From IMG/VR virus record IMGVR_UViG_3300044712_002681, positions 51,157 to 71,156 of that record: a DNA stretch of 20,000 bases; one strand, given 5' to 3'. Source of the stretch: an uncultured virus (IMG/VR IMGVR_UViG_3300044712_002681). Its lineage: Duplodnaviria > Heunggongvirae > Uroviricota > Caudoviricetes. Both the position numbers and the translations under genes were made by a program. Of the stretch, positions 1 to 9,495 are shown in pieces (positions within the stretch are counted from its first letter, which is position 1; every line of letters starts with the position of its first letter). The notes beneath the pieces are model-generated. The model was not told the origin of the DNA. It saw nothing but the letters and a program-made list of their open reading frames with translations, and made no database searches.

Positions 1-322
1 ATTCCATAATGTTTTTAACCCCATATTTTTGTGAAATAGTTTTTTCAAATGTGTTACATTTTTTACAAATATAATTATTACCTTTTTTCATTATATTAAC
101 ATAATTGTTATAAGTAATATTAATTAATTCACCACAATTAGTACATTTAACTAAAATTTTTTGATTACTACCTAAAGATAAATGTTCTATTGGAATAGTT
201 ATAATATCGTTTAACTTGACATTATATTTTAAATCATTATAATATTTCAAAGTTCTTTTAGAAACCGTTACAGTTAAATTTTTATTCGCAATATTTTCAA
301 AAAAGTTATCAATTTCTACCAT
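1..322 (-). CDS. Partial gene (runs off window start): Zn-ribbon protein resembling the N-terminus of phage homing-endonuclease-like proteins
   Basis: Not in ORF track. Manual translation from ATG at 322: MVEIDNFFENIANKNLTVTVSKRTLKYYNDLKYNVKLNDIITIPIEHLSLGSNQKILVKCTNCGE...YICKKCNTFEKTISQKYGVKNIME, open to the edge. Two CxxC pairs plus a KYGVxN motif; nuclease domain not visible. Confidence 0.65.
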   Translation of the reverse strand, partial: MVEIDNFFENIANKNLTVTVSKRTLKYYNDLKYNVKLNDIITIPIEHLSLGSNQKILVKCTNCGELINITYNNYVNIMKKGNNYICKKCNTFEKTISQKYGVKNIME

Positions 323-411
323 TTAAATATTAATTAAGTTTTCGATATATATTAAAATTTTATTCAATAAATAATATTATAAAAAAAGATGCAAGATTAT
401 GATATAACATA

Positions 412-1146
412 TTATAATTTTATTTTATTTTCTTCATTTTTGAAAAATGTTTTTACAACTTCCATCAACCAACAAGCATCAATGATATCATCTAATGGTT
501 TAGGTACATCTTTATTTTTTCTTATTTTTTCTTCATATTCTTTACACCAAGTCTTTAAATCACATTTGATATTATTACAATCTAAAAATGCATAAAACAT
601 ATCCCATTTGTCAAATTTAGTTGCTTGCTTACCATTATTATTTTCTAAATGAATAACTTCTTTTATTATTCTTTTTCCTTGAAGTTCTTTTCTTGGTTCA
701 TATGTCATTCGACAACATTCAGTTTTAACTGTAAGTGGTGATAATATTTGAACATTTGAATATTTATTCAATTTATGTAATAATTTATGTTTTAATAACG
801 TAGTAAATTCAACAATATCAATAAGTGGTCCAACATTAGAACTATAACTATATCCTTCTATTCCAATTCTAATACTATCTAATAAACCAACATTATCAAT
901 AATATCATTAATTATTAAATTTGTTGTGTCATCGAATTCTAATAATTTTAAAATTTGTGATTTACTGTAATCTTTTTCTTCAGTATATTTATATATAATA
1001 TTTCGATAATTTATAAAGTCTTCAGTATTTTTTACCCATATATTATTATCTTTTTTAGTTGAATAACTAAAAAGTTTAATATTGTCATTTTTTTCTATAC
1101 ACATCGCTGTTGAAATTTTACTCACATCTAATCCAATAAAAATCAT
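412..1146 (-). CDS. ruvC: RuvC-like Holliday junction resolvase (RNase H fold)
   Basis: N-terminal IGLDVSKISTAMC (catalytic D), central IGIEGYSYSS (E), C-terminal DDIIDA (D..D): canonical RuvC acidic arrangement. Confidence 0.8.
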   Translation of the reverse strand: MIFIGLDVSKISTAMCIEKNDNIKLFSYSTKKDNNIWVKNTEDFINYRNIIYKYTEEKDYSKSQILKLLEFDDTTNLIINDIIDNVGLLDSIRIGIEGYSYSSNVGPLIDIVEFTTLLKHKLLHKLNKYSNVQILSPLTVKTECCRMTYEPRKELQGKRIIKEVIHLENNNGKQATKFDKWDMFYAFLDCNNIKCDLKTWCKEYEEKIRKNKDVPKPLDDIIDACWLMEVVKTFFKNEENKIKL

Positions 1147-1160
1147 AAACTGTTATTATT

Positions 1161-1176
1161 TTTTTATATATATAAA
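1161..1176. promoter_or_regulatory. TATATA-core putative promoter between divergent genes
   Basis: TATATATATA at 1165-1174, about 20 nt from both starts; same core recurs before most transcription-unit starts. Confidence 0.45.
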
Positions 1177-1197
1177 GAAAAACTAGTTCAATAAGAA

Positions 1198-1578
1198 ATG
1201 AAAACATTTAATGAATTTATAAATGAAAATTTTGATGAAGATATTGAAGATGATGAAGAATTCTTTGATGATTATTCAAAAATAAAAAATGAACTTAATA
1301 CTATTTTTGGTAAAGGATTTGGAAATGATGCTAATTGGGCTGGTGTAGTTTGGCCTATATTAACAAAAAATGATTATGAAGGTATATTTATATATTTGGG
1401 TGATGATGATGAACTTTTTTTATTAAAAAGAACTTTTGATAAAATTAAAGAAGAAAATAATGATGAAATATTATTTAGTGTAACTAATAGGGAAGAATTT
1501 GATAAATTAATAAAGTTAGCTAAAGATAAAGAACAAATAAAAATGTTACAAAATGCAAAAAAATATAATGTTATTTAA
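1198..1578 (+). CDS. Hypothetical protein with capsid-targeting-like N-terminus (MKTFNEFINE) and C-terminal AKKYNVI
   Basis: 126-aa ORF; N-terminus resembles the T4 internal-protein leader MKTYQEFIAE; C-terminus shared with two other ORFs here. Confidence 0.75.
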   Translation: MKTFNEFINENFDEDIEDDEEFFDDYSKIKNELNTIFGKGFGNDANWAGVVWPILTKNDYEGIFIYLGDDDELFLLKRTFDKIKEENNDEILFSVTNREEFDKLIKLAKDKEQIKMLQNAKKYNVI

Positions 1579-1756
1579 TCTAACATATGCTAAGAGGAAT
1601 GGTGTTCCAAAGTATACTGAATTTGAAACAAAAAAAGAAGTTATTGAATTTTTGCTTGAAAATTTAGATAATATGGATTTGTTAACAATTAATAATATGA
1701 TTATTGATATAAATTTATTGATTAAAAAAATAAAAGAAATTGAAAATGAAATATGA
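1568..1756 (+). CDS. Small hypothetical protein
   Basis: ORF 1553..1756; the ATG at 1568 gives a shorter overlap with the upstream stop; tightly packed in operon. Confidence 0.6.
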   Translation: MLFNLTYAKRNGVPKYTEFETKKEVIEFLLENLDNMDLLTINNMIIDINLLIKKIKEIENEI

Positions 1757-2153
1757 TGGTATTGTAAGTAGATTGGATGAAAATTTATATTTATTTATTT
1801 TAAATCCTGATGATAATATGATAATGGATGGTATGAATATATCAGAACATGAATGTTATAAAGATTTGAAAAATGATCAAATCCAGGTTGTTGAAGTTAT
1901 ATTCAAGGATGGTACAGAAGAATTGGATGATATTGATTTAGAAGATTTTATATATAGTGATGTATATGATAGAAATAGTATTTTTTTATATATTCATGAT
2001 ATTTTGTTATATTCTATTAGCAACAATAAAAAAAATATATCATTAAAGAAATTGATAGATAATGGGGATTTGAATAAAATAGCGATAGAATGTATCGAAA
2101 ATTCTAAATCCGATGAAATTAAAGAAGAAAAAATAATAGAATTTAATGAATAA
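1746..2153 (+). CDS. Acidic hypothetical protein
   Basis: ORF track 1740..2153 (TTG); ATG at 1746 more likely; overlaps neighbours. Confidence 0.7.
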   Translation: MKYDGIVSRLDENLYLFILNPDDNMIMDGMNISEHECYKDLKNDQIQVVEVIFKDGTEELDDIDLEDFIYSDVYDRNSIFLYIHDILLYSISNNKKNISLKKLIDNGDLNKIAIECIENSKSDEIKEEKIIEFNE

Positions 2154-2460
2154 TTATTTTTCAGTAAAAGATAGTTTAATAAAATTAAAAGATAAAAAGT
2201 ACGGAGAAAATATTAATAAAACAATTGATATTTTAGTCAATAGATTTGATGAAAGTCAAATCAGAATTTTATCTAATCAAGGATTAAAAATTGATAATAA
2301 TATTATTAGATTATACTTTATTGATAATGTTGGTTTTAGATGTATGAATGAAAAAGATAATATTTATGGTAAATTACCAATATGTAAAAATATAGAAAGA
2401 TTTATGAATAATTTATATGTTGAAGCTGTTAATGATGCCATAGATTTAATCTATTCTTAA
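2146..2460 (+). CDS. Hypothetical protein
   Basis: 104-aa ORF, 8-nt overlap with upstream gene. Confidence 0.7.
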   Translation: MNNYFSVKDSLIKLKDKKYGENINKTIDILVNRFDESQIRILSNQGLKIDNNIIRLYFIDNVGFRCMNEKDNIYGKLPICKNIERFMNNLYVEAVNDAIDLIYS

Positions 2461-2477
2461 AAAAAAAATTATTAAAT

Positions 2478-2696
2478 ATGAAAATTGATAAAATATCAAA
2501 AAAATTTGAAAATGTTACTCCTAAAAATGATAGTCGAATTTTAATAGAAGATGGTGATGGTATATTAGCGTTTGGTTATATTAAGGATAATATGTATGTT
2601 TATGATGGATCAACTACAGGTTGGAATCCTGTTTCAGATATTAAAAATTGGATTTCAATAAGTGAACTTAAAGATAAATTAGGTTGGAATGAATGA
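2478..2696 (+). CDS. Small hypothetical protein
   Basis: 72-aa ORF after an A-rich spacer typical of this window. Confidence 0.65.
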   Translation: MKIDKISKKFENVTPKNDSRILIEDGDGILAFGYIKDNMYVYDGSTTGWNPVSDIKNWISISELKDKLGWNE

Positions 2697-2895
2697 TTTT
2701 GATTTATTTAGTTTATTTGATGATAATAATTTCATTGAAGATAATATTATCATTGAAAATAAAAAAGATGGTAGTTGTATAATATGTGATACAATTCTCG
2801 AAGTTTGTAGAAATAATATAACTGGGTATTATGAACCTATTTTATGTCCATCGTGTCTGTTGGATATGTCTAATTTTATGAATAGAAAGTCATAA
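2689..2895 (+). CDS. Small putative Zn-finger protein
   Basis: CIIC...CPSC pairs in a 68-aa ORF coupled to the upstream gene. Confidence 0.6.
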   Translation: MNDFDLFSLFDDNNFIEDNIIIENKKDGSCIICDTILEVCRNNITGYYEPILCPSCLLDMSNFMNRKS

Positions 2896-3255
2896 AATAT
2901 TATATTTTTTAGCTGATTTATATATATCTTGTAATTTTTTATATTTTTTAATTTCTTTTGGTGTTAATTTTCGAATAATTTCACTATCATCAATAGCAAT
3001 GTTTGAATCATCATTATCATATGTTTTTATTGAATATGGTAATTTACAATCTAATACAGAATAGATTCTTGCCATATTAACTAATGGTGGTGAAACTTTA
3101 AAATTACCATCTATTAATGCTTTCTTTATTTTATCTAAATCTAATAAAATATAATCACCAAATTTATATGTAAAACCTGATTCTTTATCAGTGAATTTGA
3201 ATTTATTATTCCAATCATCAATTTCAATTTCTTCAAATGTTTTTAAATATTTCAT
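2890..3255 (-). CDS. Tagged-family protein (MKYLKTFEE ... SAKKYNIL)
   Basis: ORF 2890..3264; ATG at 3255 lies just past the upstream stop (3257-3259) and yields the shared N-terminal motif; internal KFGDYIL. Confidence 0.75.
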   Translation of the reverse strand: MKYLKTFEEIEIDDWNNKFKFTDKESGFTYKFGDYILLDLDKIKKALIDGNFKVSPPLVNMARIYSVLDCKLPYSIKTYDNDDSNIAIDDSEIIRKLTPKEIKKYKKLQDIYKSAKKYNIL

Positions 3256-3256
3256 A

Positions 3257-3586
3257 TTATTCATAATTCACATATCCTAAAGTATCATCACCTAAACCTA
3301 AACCAATTCCAATTGTACAATTACCATTTAATGGGTTATTAATTCCGATTACACAAGGTTGAACAATATCGTTTTGTGGAATGTTTGGTGTAATATAATA
3401 TTTAAGTCGTTCTTTTTCTTTTTTTTCTATTTGTGTTACATTACCATTATCATCAATAAAATTATATACATTTAAATTTGTAATACCTGATGTATTACCC
3501 GTATTAACGATATTTGAAGTGGATATATTTGTAAATCCACTATTAATTGTTGTATTTAATGCTGTTGAAAATGATAATCTTCCCAT
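3257..3586 (-). CDS. Hypothetical protein, possibly virion-associated
   Basis: 109-aa N/T/G-rich ORF with three [ST]GxT motifs; 1-nt coupling to upstream gene. Confidence 0.6.
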   Translation of the reverse strand: MGRLSFSTALNTTINSGFTNISTSNIVNTGNTSGITNLNVYNFIDDNGNVTQIEKKEKERLKYYITPNIPQNDIVQPCVIGINNPLNGNCTIGIGLGLGDDTLGYVNYE

Positions 3587-3900
3587 TATAATATATTATA
3601 TTTTTTTGCTTTAATTTTTATTTTTAAATTTTCTAAATTTTTTGCATATGTTGTATAATCAACATGAACACTTTTTGTCGGAATATTATTAATTTTTCCG
3701 AAATATTTTATTAATTCTTCTGGAATATTTTCATATGTTATAGCAATTATATCATTTTGAATGTGATATATGTTACCAATATTATCTCTTAAAAAATTAT
3801 TTATTTTAGTTTCTTGAAATATAGGCAATTTATCAGCAATAATAAAATCCCCAATTTCTGGTTTATTTAAATCTTCAAATATTTTAAAAGCCGTTATCAT
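3586..3900 (-). CDS. Tagged-family protein (MITAFKIFE ... KAKKYNIL)
   Basis: 104-aa ORF with both shared terminal motifs and internal EIGDFII. Confidence 0.75.
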   Translation of the reverse strand: MITAFKIFEDLNKPEIGDFIIADKLPIFQETKINNFLRDNIGNIYHIQNDIIAITYENIPEELIKYFGKINNIPTKSVHVDYTTYAKNLENLKIKIKAKKYNIL

Positions 3901-3923
3901 AAAATATTATTTTTTTACTTAAT

Positions 3924-5232
3924 GAATTATATATAAAAAATTTTTTAGTAAAAAACCATATTTTTTAAATTATATATACTTATACTAAAAAACAATATTG
4001 GTATAAATGAAAATAATTAAATATACATATAAGTTTAGATTAGTACCAAATAATGATCAAATAAATCTATTAAGTAAACATTTTGGTTCTGTTAGATGGA
4101 CTTATAATTATTTTTTGAATCAAAGAAAAAAAGAATATTTAAATAATAAAAAAACATTAACATATAATAAACAATCTAGTTTTCTAACACAATTAAAGAA
4201 AGATAAAGAAACCGAATGGTTGAAAGAAATAAATTCACAGACATTACAATATTCTTTAAAATGTCTAGATACTGCTTATCAATGTTTTTTTTCAGGAAAA
4301 TCAAAATTTCCAAAATATAAATCGAAAAAAAATAAAAATTGTTTTACAATACCCCAATTTGTATCAGTAAAGAATAATAAACTTCATATACCAAAATTTA
4401 AAGATGGAATTGAAATGATAATGGAACGAAAAATAAGTGGTGTGGTTAAACGATCAACAATAAGTAAAACACCAACAGGCAAATATTTTGTAACAATTTT
4501 AACAGAACAAGAATATCAACCTGTTAGTAAAACAAACCAATCTGTAGGAATAGATTTAGGAATAAAAGATTTTTTAGTGTTATCTAATGATTCGAAAATC
4601 AAGAATCATAGATTTCTAAAACATTATGAAAAAAAATTAATTTTAAATCAAAAATATTTATCAAGAAAAACTAAAGGGTCAAATCGTTATGAAAAGCAAA
4701 AGATTAAAGTTGCTAGGATTTATGAAAAAATTACAAATTCACGGATGGATTTAATTCATAAAACTACTACATCTTTGATAAAACAATTTGATACTATATA
4801 TTTAGAAGACTTGAATGTGAAAGGAATGATGAAAAATCATAAATTAGCAAAAGCTATTAGTGATGTTAGTTGGGGTAAATTCATAGATATTCTTGAATAT
4901 AAAGCCAATTGGAATGATAAACAAGTCATTCGTATAGATAGATTTTTTCCTTCAAGTAAAACCTGTTCTAAATGTGGTTGGATTAATAATAATTTAACAC
5001 TTAAAGATCGAAATTGGATTTGTCCAAAATGTGGTGAAAAACATGATAGAGATTTTAATGCAGCAACAAATATCCTTAATGAAGGATATCGTAAAAATAT
5101 ATCAGATGGAACGTCTGATTACGAACGTGGAGCAAAAATAAGACCATCCGATGGCATAAGCAATGAAACGTTTAAAGTGAAGGAACATTGTGTTCCCGAA
5201 ACCACTACATTATTAGTGTAGTGGTAGTTCAT
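3924..5232 (+). mobile_element. IS200/IS605-family tnpB-only (IS1341-like) element; left boundary tentative
   Basis: tnpB without tnpA; right-end hairpin ACCACTACA(5201-5209)/TGTAGTGGT(5217-5225) followed by AGTTCAT. Left end inferred from empty-site reconstruction. Confidence 0.6.
4007..5221 (+). CDS. tnpB: RNA-guided endonuclease TnpB
   Basis: YKFRLVP HTH start, RWTYNYFL, RuvC-I GIDLGIKDF, RuvC-II YLEDLNVKGM, Zn finger SSKTCSKCG/CPKCG, RuvC-III HDRDFNAATNI; D-E-D triad intact. Confidence 0.95.
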   Translation: MKIIKYTYKFRLVPNNDQINLLSKHFGSVRWTYNYFLNQRKKEYLNNKKTLTYNKQSSFLTQLKKDKETEWLKEINSQTLQYSLKCLDTAYQCFFSGKSKFPKYKSKKNKNCFTIPQFVSVKNNKLHIPKFKDGIEMIMERKISGVVKRSTISKTPTGKYFVTILTEQEYQPVSKTNQSVGIDLGIKDFLVLSNDSKIKNHRFLKHYEKKLILNQKYLSRKTKGSNRYEKQKIKVARIYEKITNSRMDLIHKTTTSLIKQFDTIYLEDLNVKGMMKNHKLAKAISDVSWGKFIDILEYKANWNDKQVIRIDRFFPSSKTCSKCGWINNNLTLKDRNWICPKCGEKHDRDFNAATNILNEGYRKNISDGTSDYERGAKIRPSDGISNETFKVKEHCVPETTTLLV

Positions 5233-5252
5233 TTGTAGAAATTTGTGAAATA
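5060..5252 (+). ncRNA. Predicted TnpB omega/reRNA (scaffold overlapping tnpB 3' end plus flank-derived guide); ends approximate
   Basis: Established TnpB architecture; the segment after the last RuvC motif is less AT-rich and ends in the 9-bp hairpin and TTCAT. Confidence 0.5.
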
Positions 5253-8200
5253 TATGTATTATTTAATGTATTAACTTTAACAATAGTTTCTACCGAAGTA
5301 TTTAATGCTGTACTATCTACAACAATATTACTATGTATTCTATCACTAGATACATAATCTGTTGTTTGATAATATTTCATATTGGTTAAATCAAAATTAT
5401 GATTGACTAACCAATGATTTCTTGGTTCATCATAATAAAATAATTTATTATTAACATATCCTAAACCATTACCATCATTATCATATGTTGTAGTTTCTAT
5501 GTATATATATGGATCAATATATTTATCAATATTAAAACTGAATGGTTTCAAATCATTTTTATTAATTTTAAAATATTGAACAGGAACTAATATATCTGTT
5601 GGATTATAGATTGTACTACCTGATAGATAATATGTCTTTATTTTGGCTGAAAAGCTAATTGGTGTGGCATTATTATCAATTGTTGTTCCAGTTATTCCTG
5701 ATAAAGTATAAAAATTAATTGTTATAAGATAATCTGATCCAAAATTTAATGTTGCGGTATAATCAAAATTAACCACTGTTGAATTTCTTTCAACAACTGA
5801 CATTTTAGTTTGATTACTTTCATCATAATCTTGATATAATGTTTGATTTGTATCGGAAACACCTGTAATATCTAATAAGTTAGCTGAAATTGGAATAATA
5901 TTTTTTCTTAACCATTTTTTTAATTTGGTTAATTTATATTGAACATCATCTAATGAATAAATTAAAACATTATTACCATCTTCATCAGTTATTCTATATG
6001 ATAAATTAAATAAATTTGTTTTTTTCCAAGTATTTTGTTGTTGATATTTACCAGCAATAAAATCCATTTCATTCCAACCTTCTACACTATTATCGAAAAT
6101 GTCAGGAATTAATACTTTATGTAATTTTCCATATAAATAAGATGATTTATCAATATTTTTGTAATATTCATATAATTGTAAATCATTGTATCCAAAATAA
6201 TTAATTGCATTAATTAATGATTTATATGAACCAATATAATCATATATATCTCTACATATTAATAACATTTCTTTTCTTTTTTGATTAAATATTGTATAAT
6301 CTATTGCATTATCATTTATATCTGATTCATATAAAATTTCATAAACATCTTCTTCTGATTGAACACCTAAATTATTGAGATTAACTTTATAACGAATATC
6401 TTCAATTTCAGTTTGACCATAAACAGGACAAGATAATATTTCTTTTGGTTGAACTTCTATTTTAAATTTAAATGTAGTACCTGTTGATGTGAAATATGTA
6501 AATCCTGATGAATTGTAAGTTGTTCCACTATCATATAAATTAAATTCGTTATTATTAACATATTCAGAATCAATTATAATTTTATTTCTCGAAACATCTT
6601 TTATTTTATATGTATAAACATTTTCAAATATTCGTTGTTTCATTTTACTTTGGTCAGTAAAATAAAACTTCACCAATTGATCTTTTTCAAATCCATATGA
6701 TATAAAACTAAAATCAATGGGTGCTTTATATTCTAATATTGAATCATTAAATATAAAGTTTGATGTAGCATATGATGAACCCGAATTTGTAAATCCACTA
6801 TAAGAAAAATAATCGCTATTATTTTCGTGTTTTTCAATTTTTTCAATTTTTAAAATTCTACTATTTACACCTTCTTCTGTTGCATTATAACCCATAAATA
6901 TTTCTAATGGTTCTGGTATCCAATTATAACTTGTTGATGAATCCAATTGTTCTAATTTAAATGTTAATCCTGTAAAAATTGTTTGTTGATATTTTGGATT
7001 TGATATTCTTGTTAAATCTTTATTTGGTAAATCATTAAGAAATACAACATTTTCGGTTGAATCAATTAATGGTTTTTGTCCAATATATTTATATGCATCA
7101 TTATTGTTATAAGGTACTAATTGATCACCTGTAATATCATATAAAAATATAGAATTATCTATAATATTATCATACGATACTTTCCAATATGCATGAAAAT
7201 AAATATCACGATTATATTTTCCTCTAGGTTTTCTAATAAATTCACGAGTTTTACAATGAATATTAACATTATCTTCTGATAAGAATATCCCTTGATATGA
7301 TAAAGAAATTGTATCTTCTGTTAAACCAATAATATTATATTCTTTATTATTTTCATTATAAGTCGAGCCTGATACCTTTAAAATCATACCTGTAGCTAAT
7401 CCAATATCAAATAAGTTTACTATTGTTTTAATTTCATTACCTGAAAATAATAATGCCCTATTTCTATTATTTTGAAGAATATTATAAGATGATAAAATAT
7501 TAACCAATACTTCTAATTCCCAAATATCTATATCGGTATTTATTGTTAATGTGTAGCCAGAATATGCTATATTATAACCACTATTTACAATAAACCCATT
7601 ACTATATAATATTGTTCCATATTTATTTATAAATGAATTTATGGTTGTTTGTGTATTACCTGAAAAATTTGTAAAATATTCTATACCATTTAAAGTTAAT
7701 CTAAATCCAAATCTATCTGTATCATTATTTAGTTCGAATAATATTTCAGATTCAATTTGATTTTTATATAGACCACTATCTGATTTATTAGTTTTTTCAT
7801 CATATATTTTTTCATTAGTTATAATATCGTATTTATTTGATGATAATGATAAATCATTAGATATTTGTATTCCATTTGTATAACCAGAAACATTAAAATA
7901 TGGATGTTTAGCACCATATAAACTTTCAATTGTTAAATAGTGATCATTATTTTTTAATGAATAATAAATATCTATTCCATATTCAGATAATATTGATTTA
8001 TATTTAGTAATAAAATTATTTATTGTATTTTGAATAACGTCAGTTGTGCTACCACTAGAATAAATTTGAGAAAAATTTAAAAAATTTGTGGTCAAAAAAC
8101 AATATGAATTATTATATGATGTATTATTAAATTCTGTAATATTACCACTAGGTGTAGAATATGCACTTCTTATTTGGTGTGGTTGTAATTTTTGATATAT

Positions 8201-9418
8201 ATTATATGTTAATCCTGTTTCATCAAAAATAAATCCTGGTGTAAATATTATAGTTGTATTTGTACTACTATTGTATGATACATTACTAATACTCAATTCC
8301 CTGTTATTCATTAAATATGTGTAACCCGTAGAAGTTCCACTTAATAATATTACATCACCTGTATTAAGATTAGTATATCCAGTAAATTGAATAGTGTTCC
8401 ATTGATTTGTTTGATTTAATGTATTTGTATAATTATTTGTTTGTTGATAATATTGCTTAAATAACAATTTTTTAGTTGTTATAAATTTTTCATCTATTAA
8501 TTCATCAACAATAAAAGTATAACCACTAAATAATTTATTACCATTACCATCTTCAAATTGTATTTCTTTTTTTGATAAATCTGAACCTGTTGATGTATAA
8601 ATAATATCTGGTGCTAAATTACTAATATTTTTGTTAAATGTTAAAATATTTCCATTTAAAGTAATTTCACCTTGATAAATTTTAGGTCTTTCTGTAAAAA
8701 GTTCAATCTTTAAATTAAAAATATTATCCTTTACACCATTTAATTTTAATTCATTAATATATGATAATGTTAATCCGCTTTGCTTCACACTAACAATTGC
8801 ATCATTATAATCCGAATTTAATATTGAAAATTTTTTATTTTCATAAAGATTACTAAAAAAAGTATCACTCGATAAATTTCTATTATAATCGTTTATTGAT
8901 ATTACGTTTAATGAACTTGTATAACCAGATGGAATATATGAAAAATTAAAAATATCATTTGCTGTATTAGTAACAATTAAGAATGCATGTTTTTTTACAG
9001 ATAATACTGTAAAATATTGGTCATCACTAAAATCACTTGATCCTGTCACACCTGACAAAGATACTATTGTTCCAACTGGAAATTTTTTATGAAAGTCTGT
9101 ACCATATATCCATTTGGAATAAAAATTATTTGATTCATTTACTTTTTGAATATTTGTAATCAATTCATTTTGAAAATTAGTTTCACCTTTAATAGTTAAT
9201 CCACTATTATTATTATAATTTATATTAATTAAGTCAGCAGTACTTATAAAATCAATAGGTTCTACAGTTTCAAATATATGTAAACTTTGTGTTTTAAATG
9301 TTTGATCCGAATTTTCATCAAATAAAATTTTTCCTTCCCAACTTTCAGTATCTTCATTATATTGAAAATTATGTGGAAATCCTTCTTTAGTAAAGAATAT
9401 AATGTTTTTATTATTCAC
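5213..9418 (-). CDS. Large putative virion structural protein, possibly baseplate wedge-type
   Basis: 1401 aa, GTG start, N/T/S/Y-rich; IYDYIGSYKSLINAINYFGY resembles the KGT..(A/G)I...L...G motif of baseplate wedge/P2 gpI-like proteins; 21 [ST]GxT motifs by hand count. Confidence 0.6.
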   Translation of the reverse strand: MNNKNIIFFTKEGFPHNFQYNEDTESWEGKILFDENSDQTFKTQSLHIFETVEPIDFISTADLININYNNNSGLTIKGETNFQNELITNIQKVNESNNFYSKWIYGTDFHKKFPVGTIVSLSGVTGSSDFSDDQYFTVLSVKKHAFLIVTNTANDIFNFSYIPSGYTSSLNVISINDYNRNLSSDTFFSNLYENKKFSILNSDYNDAIVSVKQSGLTLSYINELKLNGVKDNIFNLKIELFTERPKIYQGEITLNGNILTFNKNISNLAPDIIYTSTGSDLSKKEIQFEDGNGNKLFSGYTFIVDELIDEKFITTKKLLFKQYYQQTNNYTNTLNQTNQWNTIQFTGYTNLNTGDVILLSGTSTGYTYLMNNRELSISNVSYNSSTNTTIIFTPGFIFDETGLTYNIYQKLQPHQIRSAYSTPSGNITEFNNTSYNNSYCFLTTNFLNFSQIYSSGSTTDVIQNTINNFITKYKSILSEYGIDIYYSLKNNDHYLTIESLYGAKHPYFNVSGYTNGIQISNDLSLSSNKYDIITNEKIYDEKTNKSDSGLYKNQIESEILFELNNDTDRFGFRLTLNGIEYFTNFSGNTQTTINSFINKYGTILYSNGFIVNSGYNIAYSGYTLTINTDIDIWELEVLVNILSSYNILQNNRNRALLFSGNEIKTIVNLFDIGLATGMILKVSGSTYNENNKEYNIIGLTEDTISLSYQGIFLSEDNVNIHCKTREFIRKPRGKYNRDIYFHAYWKVSYDNIIDNSIFLYDITGDQLVPYNNNDAYKYIGQKPLIDSTENVVFLNDLPNKDLTRISNPKYQQTIFTGLTFKLEQLDSSTSYNWIPEPLEIFMGYNATEEGVNSRILKIEKIEKHENNSDYFSYSGFTNSGSSYATSNFIFNDSILEYKAPIDFSFISYGFEKDQLVKFYFTDQSKMKQRIFENVYTYKIKDVSRNKIIIDSEYVNNNEFNLYDSGTTYNSSGFTYFTSTGTTFKFKIEVQPKEILSCPVYGQTEIEDIRYKVNLNNLGVQSEEDVYEILYESDINDNAIDYTIFNQKRKEMLLICRDIYDYIGSYKSLINAINYFGYNDLQLYEYYKNIDKSSYLYGKLHKVLIPDIFDNSVEGWNEMDFIAGKYQQQNTWKKTNLFNLSYRITDEDGNNVLIYSLDDVQYKLTKLKKWLRKNIIPISANLLDITGVSDTNQTLYQDYDESNQTKMSVVERNSTVVNFDYTATLNFGSDYLITINFYTLSGITGTTIDNNATPISFSAKIKTYYLSGSTIYNPTDILVPVQYFKINKNDLKPFSFNIDKYIDPYIYIETTTYDNDGNGLGYVNNKLFYYDEPRNHWLVNHNFDLTNMKYYQTTDYVSSDRIHSNIVVDSTALNTSVETIVKVNTLNNTYISQISTNELPLH

Positions 9419-9436
9419 AGATAATAATTTTTCTTC

Positions 9437-9491
9437 TATATATAAAAAATCAAATTCTTATATAAAAAATAATTTTAAATGTTAATATATA
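9437..9491. promoter_or_regulatory. Pair of TATATA-core putative promoters for divergent genes
   Basis: TTTTTATATATA on minus strand (9437-9448) before 9418; TAATATATA (9483-9491) before 9496. Confidence 0.45.
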
Positions 9492-9495
9492 CAAT

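Noticed and set aside
389..595. Plus-strand 68-aa ORF
   Set aside because: Antisense to the RuvC-like gene, no motifs.
4007..5221. Cas12f or catalytically dead TnpB-derived regulator
   Set aside because: No CRISPR array; IS-type right end present; all three RuvC acidic residues intact.
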